In this document: positions 1 to 13,116 of the stretch, in pieces
How positions within the stretch are numbered: the stretch's first letter is position 1
How the letters are laid out: every line of letters begins with the position of its first letter
Assembly (NCBI GenBank): GCA_024137785.1
Contig: JAHRHZ010000030.1
Location: 29,545,382 to 29,609,381, forward strand
Source: Ginglymostoma cirratum
Lineage: Eukaryota
DNA length: 64,000 bases
Direction of reading: 5' to 3'
Position numbers and translations under genes: made by a program
Notes under the pieces: generated by a model
What the model was told of the DNA's origin: nothing
Databases searched by the model: none
Seen by the model: only the letters and a program-made list of their open reading frames with translations

Positions 1-189
1 AGCACCTCCATGTCACGTTAATAATATTGGTCTAATGATCAACCGCTCATTGGGGATTGATCAACTCTGGAATAGTTTACTTAAAACTGTAAAACACATT
101 GTAATTGCTGCTTCACAACTTCCAGCAAACAAAATTGGTTTGTGACTTGCCAGGCAGCACTGCAACATTGTATTTACACAGCACATGGA

Positions 190-530
190 GTCCTTAAAGA
201 TGACGAATTCTCTTAATGGCAAAGTACACACGAACTCCTTCAACCTTCTCCATTACTGTAAGGAATGCAATCAATTTGTTAAAACAATGACTACAAACTT
301 TACTGAATCCTTGCTGACTCATTTATTAACCCATACTCTGCAAATCAATCTTCTCTTGAATTATTGTCTTTAAGATCTTTACCACCAACAACACTAGGCT
401 GACTAGTGTATGGTTACCAGGTTTTGCTCTCTCTGTTTTGAATAGAGATGTAACACTTGCAACCTTCCCATTGTTTGATACCATCCTGTATCTAAGGACG
501 ATGGAATATTATGGCTAGAGGCTCCAGTGT
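190..530 (-). mobile_element. Old CR1-type LINE RT fragment
   Basis: Degenerate CR1 ORF2-like sequence (ctaggctgactagtgtatggttaccagg...gtaacacttgcaaccttccc); boundaries approximate. Confidence 0.5.
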
Positions 531-672
531 ATATTCAATTTTTATCCCCACCAGCCCTATCTCTGAATCTCCCCAGGCAGAAAATAGCTCACATTTGCCA
601 AGTTGTTTCAAAAAAAACAAAAAAAAAAACAAACCAAAAAACTTCTGCAATTCTAATGGAAGCTGTCCTTAC

Positions 673-808
673 CCTGTTTGTATCTGTTGAAGAGGATGCT
701 CTGCGTTTTCAGGATAAGGATAATGTTCTCTGGATCGGGTCCGTCTACCATTCTAATTGACTTTGTACACAAGAATTCATAAGCTTTATTCACCCTTTCA
801 AAGGTATC
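673..808 (-). CDS. DNAJC13: DNAJC13 exon, 136 nt, [13 protein letters not shown]...ILFNRYKQ (end of J-domain)
   Basis: ttccag|GAT...CAG G|gtaagg; overlaps ORF 653..904. Confidence 0.96.
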
Positions 809-899
809 CTGGAAAATACATAGAAGGTATTTAACATTGCAGAGTGAAATCTTAAATTCTACAATTTTTAAACAGTACCCTCTGGTTACTGACACTGCT

Positions 900-1120
900 G
901 CCACTAGTTTGTTATTGCCGAGGCCTAAAGCACTGGGATTCCTTTTCCACTCCTCCAGCTCTCTTTCGCGCCCGCCTCCAAGATGCTACTCAAAACCTAC
1001 CACTTTGACCAGGTTTTTGGTTACCCACCCTAACATTTCACATGAACTGATATCCAATTCTGTAAAGATTCTTGGGATGTTTTACGGCATTAAAGGCATG
1101 ATATAAATAGAAAGTGTTGT
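900..1120 (+). mobile_element. L2-type LINE 3' end fragment
   Basis: L2-like 3' end (cactttgaccagg...tgtaaagattcttgggatgttttacggcattaaaggcatgatataaatag). Confidence 0.5.
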
Positions 1121-1330
1121 GGTAATATATTACATTTATTGAATGCCATTTAGAAATAACAATATAACTGACATTGAAGCTAGAAAACAAGATCACCAGC
1201 AATAAAATGCATTGCCAACTTCAGATTATATTTCAACACTTCATACAATAAGGTAAGGCATCCCTGCGACTACAAACATTCTGTCAAGGCAAACGTGTAA
1301 GTTTCTTTCTATTCTTTAAACAGGACTTAC

Positions 1331-1409
1331 TCTGCCATCAGGATTTTTGTCAGGATGATATTTCTGAGCAAGTCTGAAGTAGGCTTTCCTGATTTTGCTC
1401 TCGTCATGC
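1331..1409 (-). CDS. DNAJC13: DNAJC13 exon, 79 nt, [26 protein letters not shown] (J-domain HPD)
   Basis: ttggtag|G CAT...GGC AGA|gtaagt; canonical HPD motif. Confidence 0.97.
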
Positions 1410-1591
1410 CTACCAAGAAAATTAATGGCGCAACACATTACTTGCGATGAATATTCATCCAGAAAATAAAGAATCTCCATTCAGTCTTCCAAAATAGTTC
1501 CTTTTTTGGATCACCATCAAGTCTCAAAATCCAATAAAGATATAAAATTAAAGCTCATTTCACAAACAAAATTACAATTCCTGTGTTTATA

Positions 1592-1860
1592 ACAGAGTTG
1601 CACAGCAAAGATCCTTTGGTTCAACTCGTCCATGCCAACCAGATATCCTAAATTAATCTAGTCCCATTTGCCAGCACTTGGCCCATATCCCTCTAAACCC
1701 TTCCTATTCATGTACCCATTCAGATGCCTTTTAAATGTTGTAATTGTACCAGCCTCCGCCACTTCCTCTGGCATACATGCACAACCCATTGCATGAAAAA
1801 GTTAGGTCCCTTTTAAATCTTTCCCCCCCTCACCTTAAACACCTGCCCTCCAGTTTTGGG
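1592..1860 (-). mobile_element. CR1/HER1-type LINE 3' end
   Basis: Typical 3' UTR and ORF2 end (tagtcccatttgccagcacttggcccatatccctctaaaccc); similar to 8740-8900 and 38500-38820. Confidence 0.75.
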
Positions 1861-2004
1861 CTTTTTTCTTTTAAGGTTCATGGAAAGCAATCATGTTGCA
1901 GGATTTGAGAGCCTATTTAGCAAATGGACATTCCATTAGGAGAGTATTTATAAATATGCTTGATTTAATGGAAGTTTCATCAGCTACCAGCCACAAGTAC
2001 TCAC

Positions 2005-2120
2005 ATTCCTTGTCCCTTCGGAAGGTTCAAAACCTCATATGCTTCATCGATTGACATTGAAGGTGGCTTCTTTTCCACTTCTTTTTTCCAGGCATCAAGA
2101 GTGTCTTTGAGCAATTTTAC
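2005..2120 (-). CDS. DNAJC13: DNAJC13 exon, 116 nt, [38 protein letters not shown]
   Basis: atttag|GTA AAA...GGA AT|gtgagt. Confidence 0.97.
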
Positions 2121-4268
2121 CTAAATACACAGGCAAACAAATGTTCACAATTCCCATATTTTGTTACAATTTTAAATCTACTTACTGAAACAAGATTTGT
2201 TCTATTACTATTTAAGTGGCGTTAAAGCGATTTGACACAGATAGTTGAAAGTACGTTCAACATGAAAGAGCGAAATACCAATCATCCGATGTAGAGAAAA
2301 TTTCTTGTGACTTTTTTTTAAAATATAGTGCAATGGACACAATGCATGAACCAGACTATGTAGAATCATCGGTTCTAGCTATTTAGCAATTTCAGAAAAG
2401 CATTACAAACACTTACTGGCAAGCCCTGGACATGCTAGTCCAGTATAAAGATTCATTTTTTGCCCAGTTTAAGTAACGAGTTTCCATATAATGAACAGTC
2501 ATCTTCAACATGGTTGTCACACTGTTACTGCAAGTGCCATGTCTCAATCTCAGACCAATGTTGCTTGTTTGAAACTTCCTGCCCATTTAAGTGGTGTTAG
2601 ATTTAACTAGATCCATTAAATGACATATTCAAGGTTACTTTGATGGCAAGACTTCGATTGATTATCGATGCAGCACAAAAACAAATGGTCGATGCATCTT
2701 ATTTAAATGTGTAACACATGATTTCACCATGGGCAGATGCCCACACCAGACAACAGTTAATGGGTTAAATGCATCATCTTTTCCTAGCCAGATGCCTGAC
2801 TTGTCTTACTAGAATTTGACTTGAGGTAGTAGCCAGTACATGCTTTGTCATATCCAAATCTAATTAAAATGTTTATCAACGTTGCAAGGAGCATAAAAAA
2901 AGTGAAAAATGCAGTTATCTGGGATTATAGAGGTTCACATTGACAACTGAAAGAAAAGGTACTTCATTCAAATACGGATTGGCACCAAAACTATTGGGGA
3001 AAAGAATGACTAACTACTGATGGGATGCAATGACAATAGTAATTAGATTAAATTTTGTAAACTGAAAGCAGCTCTAAAGTGGTTTATCTAAAGAAGGGCG
3101 ACTGCATGTGTCAGCAGTACGTTAACTTGGAAAAGGGCAAAAACAAAATTCTCAACCATTGGGAACACAAGATCTTTTAAAGCCAATACTGATTGTTGCT
3201 GGTCTCTAAACCAGTGAAGAGGTCAACTTTTCACACCAATGATGGCCAACATCCATCTCTTCACATTATTGGGCAATTTACAGCTCCGAGCAATGACTTT
3301 CCCTAAAACTGTCCCAAAAAACAACAAAGCTCCAAACCAGGATAAAGTTAAGAGTGGATAAATGGTATAAGCACAACCTGCCAGTTTTAAACCTGTTGCC
3401 ACAGAAAGATCTAACAGCAATTTTTGTTGGGTTTATATTCACAAAGTGGAGTGCACGGTCCCTAGGATTTTGGAATTGTACAAAGAAAATTAGACAAAAA
3501 AATGAAGAGTATCTAAAACTAACTCAATCCGTAATTAGACATTCCAGATTTTTTTTATAAGCCAGTTGTTCAGATGATTAAGTATTTTGATGTTAATTGT
3601 AGATTTATGGTGTTGGGAGAATGTCTATACTATTACATGAAAACCATTAAAAGGTGTAGGTAAGAATGAAACTTTACAGTGGTAGGAATCTGATCAGAAA
3701 TAAGATCAAAATAGGACATTACTCCATTTAAAGTTAATTGGCTTGGTCACCTGAAATTTATTGGGTGTTTCGGAGCAATTAGAATTGCATACATACTGAA
3801 ATAAAAGAAAACCAGGGATAAAAATAAACTGCACCCTCAAACCCACAATCTCCAGCATGAAGGGATGAGACCAACAAGTGACAATAGATTGCTATTCTAT
3901 TCAACTGCATGGGAATACCATTATCACAATCACACACCACCCTGACTTGGACACATCGCTGTTCAAGCTACAAGTCTGGAAGTCCCTGACATTATGGGAA
4001 TGATCTCACTATAAAGACAATGGCAGTTCAAGCTGGCAATTAATCATATCTGAGGAATTTAAGCATGATAAAGAAGGGAATAAAAACCCCCCAATCCTGC
4101 AAATGTAAAAATTGTTAATCTACAAAGTCAGCATAGATACGTTTCCCATTTGCAAACACTTTATGCAGAAATATACTTCAATGTTTTGTCACTTTCTTGA
4201 CCAATTTTGCTCAAAAGAAATTGATCCTGAGAGATATAAATTACAGAAGTTATTGCAGTAAAACTTAC

Positions 4269-4470
4269 TGGATCTTTTATTGGCCAATCAGGGAAACGTG
4301 TTGCATCACAGAGATGTTTAAGATAGTAGATGTTACAGAAGAGTTCATTCTCTAGTTGGGGATAGCTGATGGCAGGAATAGGGCAATATTGGTACAGTGC
4401 TCTGGTGTTACTTTGCAGGCGTGGAGTAAAATCTGCCAAATGGGCAGCAATCTTCTCAATCGTCAAACGC
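4269..4470 (-). CDS. DNAJC13: DNAJC13 exon, 202 nt, [14 protein letters not shown]...FPDWPIKDP
   Basis: ctgatag|G CGT...CCA|gtaagt; within ORF 4161..4565. Confidence 0.97.
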
Positions 4471-6377
4471 CTATCAGAAAAGAATGACTGGTTAAATTTC
4501 AGATATCTTACACTTTTGTCCACTTTACTGCCTTGCAAAGTTAATTCCAGTTGACCTACATTCACTGCACCCTAAAACCAAACAAAGAGACACTCTGGAA
4601 ATCTGCAAACAAGAAGCTGAAAATGCTCAGGCAACAACAGTAAAACAAATGACGTTAAATGAAGGTTTACATTTTCTCCTTTCTTTACAGTTGATGCCTG
4701 ACTTGCTCGGCATCGTGTGCCTGGTTTTACGTTTCATGTCCGAGAAGCTTTTAGCACGCTTTCAAAGTTTAATCAATTTCAAGCTCTAATCAAGAGATGC
4801 CAGCAGCATGTAACGTAACATTCCCATTTTAGGTGGTCCGAAACAACAATCTCAACTCGTGTTGTATAGCTACAGGGCATTAAACATTCCTGCGGTATTG
4901 TGAGCAGACCTTAGAAGAGTAGGTCTCAATTGTATTAGTATGACATTGACTTAGTGTTCCAATGTTCCTTTCAAAAAAGTTAGAGGCAGTTTTGTACTGC
5001 TTTGGGCCACTTGGAAGTGTGTAAAACTGGCTAGATAATTTCATATTGAACCCTCTGAAATCAGAAGAAATGAGTGTATCAACTTATTAACTCTGAATTC
5101 ATACCAGAGGGGTTAAAAACCAAAGCCCAATGTACTGCGCTAACCTAGACTCAAATGTGGAGAGTTAATGTTCCTTTTTCATCAGTTCCAAATGATTTAT
5201 TCTTTCATAAATCTTGCTGTAACTTTCCAAAACAATTCACAGGAGCAAAATTAAGATTTTTAGAAGTGACTTGATAAAATGCCAAAAGTGCTCAAGTTAT
5301 AAGTATCCTGGACAGAACTGCTTTTCACTGCCACAGTATTCAAGTTCCCTCATACTGAATAATATACTTTGTCTAAATGTTGTAGGTTTGAGATGTAAAA
5401 ACAAAATAGTTTAACGCACTAACATAAAATGGCAAAAATTCAATACATTACTGGAAAGCAGTGTCAGCTCAAGTTTAAAAGTCAGACAAGTGATCAAGGC
5501 CACATTAACAGGACATTCCTGCTTTTCAGAAACAAAACTTCAATAGGCCAAAGCAGAACAATAAGTTGCAACTGTTCAGCAGTTTAATATTGTAAAGTAG
5601 GCCCTGCCTGCCAATAAACATAACAATCGACACAACATGACAGTAGGTTTTATCATAAATGTCATGCCCAGAAGCAGCAGATTAGACTAAGAATGTGAAG
5701 TGTAAAATCTATGATTACAGAACTAAGAAATAACTAACAGTAAACAAGGAGCAATAAGGAAATTACTGAACAGAAGTACTGAAGAAGTCTGCTTAGTATG
5801 AAGCAATGTGCCATTATAAAAATCAGGCTACAAAGGGTTTGGTTGACTTTATATAGTTTCTCACCATAAACAGGCCAGAAGACAAAGCAGTGTGTGATGT
5901 GGATGGATGGCTACAGGGTAACAAAAACGATCTGGTGTCACTACATAGCTTAGACGTCAGACACTACAGATCACTCACTAGATACTTACAGCTCCAGTGA
6001 GCTGGCTCAATGCAAGTTATTCTGAATTGATGATGCTTCTGTGTTTGTGATGGACAGATCAACAGAAAGCAAACACTAAGATTTCTTAATCAAGTGTTAG
6101 GAAATTGATTGTACAGAATCTTAGACATATTAACATTATTCAGATTAACCGAAATAACTAGCCCAAGTTACCAATGAATGTGTCTCATCCTGATGAAACT
6201 GCCATACTTGGTCTTCATTTATAAAAAGCGCCTGAAAATATGTTCCTTTGTCCCGAGGACTAGTTTCTAAAAATTTACTTTCAAAGTTTCAACTCAGCAA
6301 CATTTTCAAAGTCAACATACTGATAGTAGACTGCTTAGGAAAATGTGGATTAGACAGTATGGAAATTAAGTTAATAC

Positions 6378-6532
6378 CTCATTTCATTGCTCCAAATTGC
6401 TTCTGGAGTGTCAAATTCACCTAGAAAAATCTCAGAAAACTTTTCAGATTCATAATTTTCTAAGTAACAGACCATTGCTTCAGGTAAAATGTGTCCCAGC
6501 ACACTCCGTTGTACTAGATCTTGTCCTTTTGC
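6378..6532 (-). CDS. DNAJC13: DNAJC13 exon, 155 nt, [20 protein letters not shown]...AIWSNEMR
   Basis: atgcag|GCA...ATG AG|gtatta; within ORF 6371..6577. Confidence 0.97.
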
Positions 6533-6673
6533 CTGCATAGAATGGAAACAGAACGATGGAAATGACAAATGTAACATTTCTTGATGCTTATAACATGGTT
6601 TTAGCTTAGAATGGAGAGAAATGCTAGAATGGGGTTAAACCCATTTATATATGAATAGTGAACATATTCCAAA

Positions 6674-6900
6674 CGCTAGAGAAACTCAGGAATTCTGGCA
6701 GCATCTGTGAAGACAGAAACAATTAACACTGATTCCAAAATGACTTATTTGGAACTACAGAACAGTTCCAAAAAAAAGTCATACCAGACTTGAAACATTA
6801 ACTGTGTTTCTCTCTCCATAGATGCTGACAGACCTGCTGAGCTTTGCCAGCATTCTCTGCATTTGTTTCAGATTTCCAGCATCTGCAATACTTTGCTTTT
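6674..6900. mobile_element. Older palindromic Penelope-terminus-derived element
   Basis: Imperfect inverted arms (ctcagg...ggcagcatctgtg / tagatgctgacagacctgctgag) plus tail tcagatttccagcatctgca. Confidence 0.7.
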
Positions 6901-7599
6901 AGATCATTTATAAACAGTGCTGGTTTACAGAATCACCATGATTAATGGGTGCCATAATCAACACCGCATTTGGATCTCCAAAGTTGCCAAGAATTGGAAT
7001 CAATTGATAAATTAAAAATGAACTTAACAGTCATAATATTGAACAGAAAATACTGGCCATGTGAAGAAAGAATAGTCAAAAGCCGAAGTCCTATATTAGG
7101 AGCACATGTAACACTGTCCTGGGACACACTTGGATGAGACCTGGTACAACACTGACCCAAGTAGTAGTTTTCTCTGTTAAGATTATGGACAGGCAGCCAA
7201 AACCATTCTTTGCAAATTTCTGCTTCATGTCAAAATGTCAGGACACTAGAGGTGCCTTCGGGGGAACTGGCTTGGTTATTTGAGCTCAGGGTTTCCAAGT
7301 CTGAGAAGAGCTGGAGTCACTACAGAGAATAACGGAGGCTGCAAGTTTCCAAGATCGCACATTCCGGGTCCTGACACTTCACAAGGACATACACACACAT
7401 GCGAGTGTACAGGCATGTTCAGAATATTAAATGGGTAGCCATCCAGAAGAGGACAACGAGACATGAGTCTTTGGGGTTTGTGCTGCTCTCAATCTGCTAC
7501 TCAACACTAGATCTTTAAGGAACGCAGTCTAGATCATGGCACTAAAATGCAAATAGTTAGTGGGCAGACAAACATTTCAGTATCCATCAGGAGACCTGC

Positions 7600-8230
7600 A
7601 TGGTACATTCCCAGTATTAAAAAAGTGATCACAGGTGCAGAATACTTTGCAGGAGCAAGAAACTGAGCCAGAAATTATAGTGCCTCTCAGAATACTTTTA
7701 TATAAAAGGGGAAAATATTGCGGTCCTGCAGTGAGACTTTCAGGAGTCAAGCAACAAAGCAGAACTTTGTAGTAATCTCTGGATTATACCCAATGCCACA
7801 TGTAATGTGCGTAGAACAGGAAAATAGGGAAGATTAAAGTGCGAGTTGAAGCCTAGTGCAGGAAGGTGGGCTTCATAGTCTTGGGAGCTCAAACTAGCTT
7901 CGAGTAGGATGGACCTATACAAAAAAGCTCATGTTGTAGCTCAACAGAGCTGGTACCAATGCTCTCAGAAAGGGATTCACTCCGAAGTAGGAGAAATGGG
8001 AAATCCAAATACAAAAACTGGGATAACGTGCCTGAAAGTAGTGAATGCAGTATAGTACTACCATATCAAATAGGACTGGGTGAAGGAGGAATACAAATAC
8101 ACTGCGTTATTTAAAACAGTAATAAGTTGATAAAGGTTGAGTTACAAGCCATGTAGAATATGATGTAGTGGCAAAATATAGCGCTAAATATAGTTTGAGG
8201 ACTTGTGGATACCACGATTTACACTAAACA
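7600..8230 (+). mobile_element. Degenerate CR1 LINE 5' part (ORF1 esterase-like region and start of endonuclease)
   Basis: Broken frames give ISGLYPMP, CRKVGF, DLYKK, LNRAGTNAL and EYDVVA, which resemble the CR1 ORF1 SGNH esterase and APE start. Confidence 0.5.
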
Positions 8231-8739
8231 AGTTCAGATTTGTCATGAAATAGAAACTGGTAACAAAATATGTTACCTTAAGAAAGGTTTTTTGAGAAGC
8301 ATCTTAGTTAGCCAGATTGAATTAACCTTGATGGTTTAATTCACACTGGCAAGCACAAAAATGGATTTCTACTCATAGCTGTAGCACTATATTGCACAAA
8401 AGGATTTCAAGTAATAACACCAAGTTTTATAATGATACTGCCAATTGGAGAAATGCACTCTTGTTAATTTTTTTTGCCCTTATAAAGAAAGGCCACATTA
8501 TGAGATACAGCAGCATCATTAGGATGTGATTTGCTGAAACACAGGGGTTGGAAAAGGAGGAAAGCTCAGCACCCAAGATCATTACTTTTCTACCTAATAG
8601 GCTAGTTGATATCTTGAAACAAAATGATTAAATATGGAAAGAGTAAGCATAAACTGCAGGCATTGCAATGATTGAACAGAGGTTCAGAAAAAAGCAATAA
8701 TACTAGAAAGAAAATTTGATTGAAACTTGAATCACAAAC

Positions 8740-10340
8740 AGAATCATACAGCAAGGAAACAGACCCTCTGATCGACGAGTCCACGTTGAACATAATCCCA
8801 AACTAAACTAGTCCCAACTACCTGCTCCCAATTCATATCCCTCCAAACCTTTCCTATTCATTTATCCATTCAAATGTCTTTTACTTGTTCTAATTGTACC
8901 CGCATCCACCAATTCATCAGGAAGTTCATTCCACACATGAACAGCCCCTCTGTAAGAAAACACTTGTCTTCTTTAAAATCTCTCCTTTCACCTTAAATGT
9001 GTGCCCTAGTCTTGAACTTACCCATCTTAGGGAAAAGAGAACCACCATTAACTCCACCTGTACCTCTCATTAGTCTATAAACTTCTTTAAAGGTCACTTC
9101 TCAACCTCCCATGCTCCAGTGAAAAGAAATCCCAGCCCATTCAGCCTTTCCTTATACTCAAACCTTCCATACCCAGCAACATCCTGGTAAACCTCATCTG
9201 CAGCTTGATAATGTCCTTCCTTTAACTGGGCAACTAGAACTAAACAGTATTACAGAATAGGCCTCAACAATGCCCTATACAACCTCAACATAACTTCCCA
9301 ACTCCTATACTCAAAGGACTGAGCAATGAAGGCAAGCCTGCCGAATGTCTTTTTAACCATCCAGTCTGTGCGTCACACAAAAACTTTAAGGAATTATGTA
9401 CCAGCACCACTAGGTCCCTCTGTTCTACAGAACTACCCAAGGCCCTACCATTAACTGTATAAGCCCTACCCTTGCATTTTTGTACAACAAACGCTTCCTT
9501 GCATTTATCCAGATTGACCTTCATCTGCCATTTTCCAACCATTGACCGATTTGATCAAGATCCCTTTGTGTTCTTAGAAAACCTTCTTCGTTGTCTACAA
9601 TGCCACCAATTTTGGTGTCATCTGCAAACTTACTAACCACGCCTTCTATATTCTCACTCAAATCATTTATATAAATGACATGCAAAAAGAGGACCCAGAA
9701 CCAATCCCTGTGGAACAGCGCTGTTCACAGGCCTCCATTCCGAAAAACAACGCTCCACCATTACTATTTCCAGCCATTAAGCCAATTATGTATCAAATTG
9801 GCAAGCTCACCCGAATCCCAAGTCACCTAACTTTACTAATTAGTCTACCAGGCAGAACCTTGTCACAGGCTTTACTAAAATCTAAATAAACATCTCCTGC
9901 TCTGCCATCAACCACGTTTTTGGTAACTTCCTCAAAAAACTCAAATCAAGTTTGAGAGACAATTTTTCCTCACACAAAACCATGCTGACTATCCCTAATC
10001 AATTTTTGCCTCTCTCAAAGTCCATAAAGCCTATCTTTTATAATTACTCCAACAATTTACCCACAACCGAAGTCAGACTCTCGGGTCTATAGTTCCCCGG
10101 TTTCTCCTTACAACCTTTCTTGTACAAAAAGGTACGTTAGCCGCCCTCCAGTCACCAGGCACCTCACCCATAGTCATAGACAATGCAAACATTTCTGCAA
10201 GGGGTCTCGCAATTTCCTCCCTTACTTCCCACAACATTCTGGGATACATTTGATCAGGTCCCGGAGATTTAGCCACCTTTATATTCTCCAAAGACCTCCC
10301 AAACTTCACCTTCTGTAATATGACTTGTTTTTAAAACAAA
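8740..10340 (-). mobile_element. 5'-truncated CR1 LINE (RT domain and 3' UTR), frameshifted
   Basis: KSPGPDQMYPRMLWE...DWRAANVP (10073-10309), VSKFADDTKIGG near 9600-9640, WQMKVNLDKC (9285-9542) and 3' tail. Confidence 0.92.
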
Positions 10341-10388
10341 GTCTATTTCTTTGCTGGAGTCACTGCAAGCAATTTATTTTACACTGAC

Positions 10389-10434
10389 CTCTTCGGATCT
10401 GAATGCCTGTTTCAGATGAGTATACTTCAAAAAC
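10389..10434 (-). CDS. DNAJC13: DNAJC13 exon, 46 nt, FLKYTHLKQAFRSEE
   Basis: atttag|G TTT...GAG|gtcagt. Confidence 0.95.
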
Positions 10435-10546
10435 CTAAATAGGAGAAAAAAAGTTTCATAAATTTCATTGAGCTGTGCAAACCAGATCAAAAATACTTGT
10501 GTAGTCCAATCATTTTTCCAGTTAGAATGTTTGATGATGCTCCTAC

Positions 10547-10701
10547 CTTGCAATTGGAAGCACGTTAGAACCCGTGTACATCATTATAAAGAAAAACACA
10601 CCAGTAAGGTAAAGGCGAGGTAACTGTGGGTTGTCTTGCATCACATGGTACAACAAGTTGGCAACTTTCTCAACCAGAATTGGATCAAAAGTAACCAATA
10701 G
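10547..10701 (-). CDS. DNAJC13: DNAJC13 exon, 155 nt, [20 protein letters not shown]...GSNVLPIAR
   Basis: ttttag|CTA...GCA AG|gtagga. Confidence 0.97.
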
Positions 10702-10825
10702 CTAAAATAAAAAGATGATTTAGTGAATCAATACTCTTCAAGTATATTTAATTTTGTTCATCTCATCAGGCCACAACAAAATGAATATAAAAAGATGGAA
10801 CTGTTTGGGAAAAACTACTGTGTAC

Positions 10826-10910
10826 CTGAACAATGTGAGAGAGGCATGTATTGTCTGTAAGCAGCCGTTTAATTCTGGGTAGGGGTCTGATGATTGCATT
10901 GTCCTGATCC
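10826..10910 (-). CDS. DNAJC13: DNAJC13 exon, 85 nt, DQDNAIIRPLPRIKRLLTDNTCLSHIVQ
   Basis: tttcag|G GAT...CAG|gtacac. Confidence 0.96.
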
Positions 10911-11147
10911 CTGAAATACGGAAAAACTTTTGACATGCTTAAGCATAAGTAGAGTTATTACAAAACAAACACCGATACAGAACTACCACATTACAGTATC
11001 ACTTAAAAAAGTGCTTTCAATGGCATGAAAATTCTTCCGTTTTCCATTGTCTTTATGTTAGTAGCATTGAAACACCCAGAAGTTGATGTCAATTTAAACA
11101 ACTGGTTTAAAATTGATAACTAATGTGTTATTTAATTTTCCCAAAAG

Positions 11148-11510
11148 TAGAACTAGAACATAGAACAGTACGGGCCCTTCAGCCCACAATGTTGTGCTGA
11201 CCTATTAGCCTACTCGAAGATCAAACTACCCTGCATACCCCACATTTTACTATCCTCCATGTGCCTATCCAAGAGTCGCTTAAACGTCCCTAATGTATCT
11301 GATTCCACTACCACCGCCGGCCTCACGTTCCACACACCCACCACTCTCTGTGTGAAGAGCCTACCTCTGACATCTTCCCTATACCTTCCTCCAATCACCT
11401 TAAAATTATGCCCCCTCGTAATAGTCATTTCCGCCCTGGGGAAAAAAGTCTCTGGCTATCCACTCTATCTATACCTCCCATCATCTTGTACACCTCTATC
11501 AAGTCACTTC
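11148..11510 (-). mobile_element. CR1 LINE 3' end
   Basis: ORF 11210..11428 TRGHNFKV...RLFTQRVVGVWN (CR1 ORF2 C-terminus) and (TTCTATG)-like tail repeats. Confidence 0.9.
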
Positions 11511-12189
11511 TTGAACAGTAGCATCAGGTGCCAACGTTTGGCTGCATTTTTTTTTTTCCTGTCATGTCACGAGCAGAGCTAGAGAATACATTGAAAATTA
11601 TGTTACACATTAACAATTATTTTAATTTTCCTGCCCTCTCATACCTTCCAAATCAGCTTGAAGGCAATCATTAATTCAGTTGCCAGCTTTTCTTTCACCT
11701 ATTCGCTTCCCCCCCAACCCGCCACCGAGACTTTCTAGCATACCACTGCCTGTCTGTAAGATTTAAATCTGTCTACTGTACAACTAACGGTAATCCTCAA
11801 AACACAACATCCTTCTACAAACTGCAGAAGTTTCCATTCATAGACATTTCGCTAACCTGACAGAGTTCAACTTAAAATGAATAATAAAAAAAAAGAAAAA
11901 CACCACAATAGAAAAATCAAAAAGAGACCTACTTTACAGCCATTTACCATTCCTCCCAATAAAATATACATTATGGTCCACAAATGATGATACATTTGGC
12001 CACAATTCACAGCAAATTCAGAACCCCCACAGATGAAAAGACACTGGAGGTGGGACTTCGGATGGTGATGGACTTTATCATAAAAGTGCAGGCACATTTT
12101 CTCTCCTATAGAGGGGCTGGGGTCACCAGGGGTACTTTAAATGCGACACAGCAAAACAATCAACTACAATGAAAATACCTTAGCACTTC

Positions 12190-12330
12190 TGGCTGAAGGT
12201 GGCTAGATGCCCAATGGCAGCTCCGTTTCCTAAATTACAACAGCACTACCACTTCAAAAAAGTTTCATTAGGTACAGAGTCTTGGGATGTCTGGTGGTCA
12301 TGAAATGTAACAGATGCAACAATTTCTTTC
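12190..12330 (+). mobile_element. Ancient Deu-type SINE 3' fragment
   Basis: tttcctaaattacaacagcactaccacttcaaaaaagtttcattagg...ttgggatgtc resembles the AmnSINE1/SacSINE1-like tail. Confidence 0.5.
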
Positions 12331-12913
12331 TGCTGATAAGTGAAATTGTTTCAATTGGTTTATCAATCATCACCACAACTTTTAGTATTCTAAAATCTAT
12401 ATTAGGTCCTGTTTATCTTCTCATGTTCCAATAGGTTTCTGGCATGGTACCTTTAAAATTAATCTGTACGCTTCTCAAACTTTACATCTTACCAAAGAAC
12501 ACAATGCTCAAAATTGCAGTCAATGCATCAACTGTGATTTAACATGATCAACTCAACATCATTTTCTTGCTTTCATTATTTATGCATAAAACACAGAAAA
12601 TAATCTCAATTAATCAGTTTATATTTATTTATGCACAGCCATATTTCTGCTCAATCAAAAATATCTCTTTGGGGAGTACTTACGCACTATTACTTCACAC
12701 TTATCAACAGTGACTTTCCGGGCATTTATTCCCACTTTCAGTCTCCCGTATTCTTGATAAATTTATAATTCTGCGTACCCAATTGAATACCTTGCAATCA
12801 TTTCAAATCCTCCTGTGCCTATGATCATTCATACAAGTTATTTTGCTAACTAGGCCTCTGCTCTTCTAAATAAATCCTTTAAAACGAATGTCAAAACAAA
12901 GATACCTTCGTAC

Positions 12914-13116
12914 CTGCTGGGGTAATAGTCACACATGGTAATGAGCATATTTAGAATAAGAGTAGCAAGGTCAGTTTCATTCAGCACAGCCTGCCCATGG
13001 GCTAAAAGACACCATTTCAGTTGCGGTATTGCCTGCAGTGCCCGCCAGCCATCCATGCCCTGTGCCCAACAACGAGTCTTTGGCGTCAATACACCGTTTT
13101 TCCAGAATTCTTGCAT
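12914..13116 (-). CDS. DNAJC13: DNAJC13 exon, 203 nt, [24 protein letters not shown]...MCDYYPSR (GYF_2-like region)
   Basis: acctag|ATG...AGC AG|gtacga; ORF 12850..13116. Confidence 0.97.
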
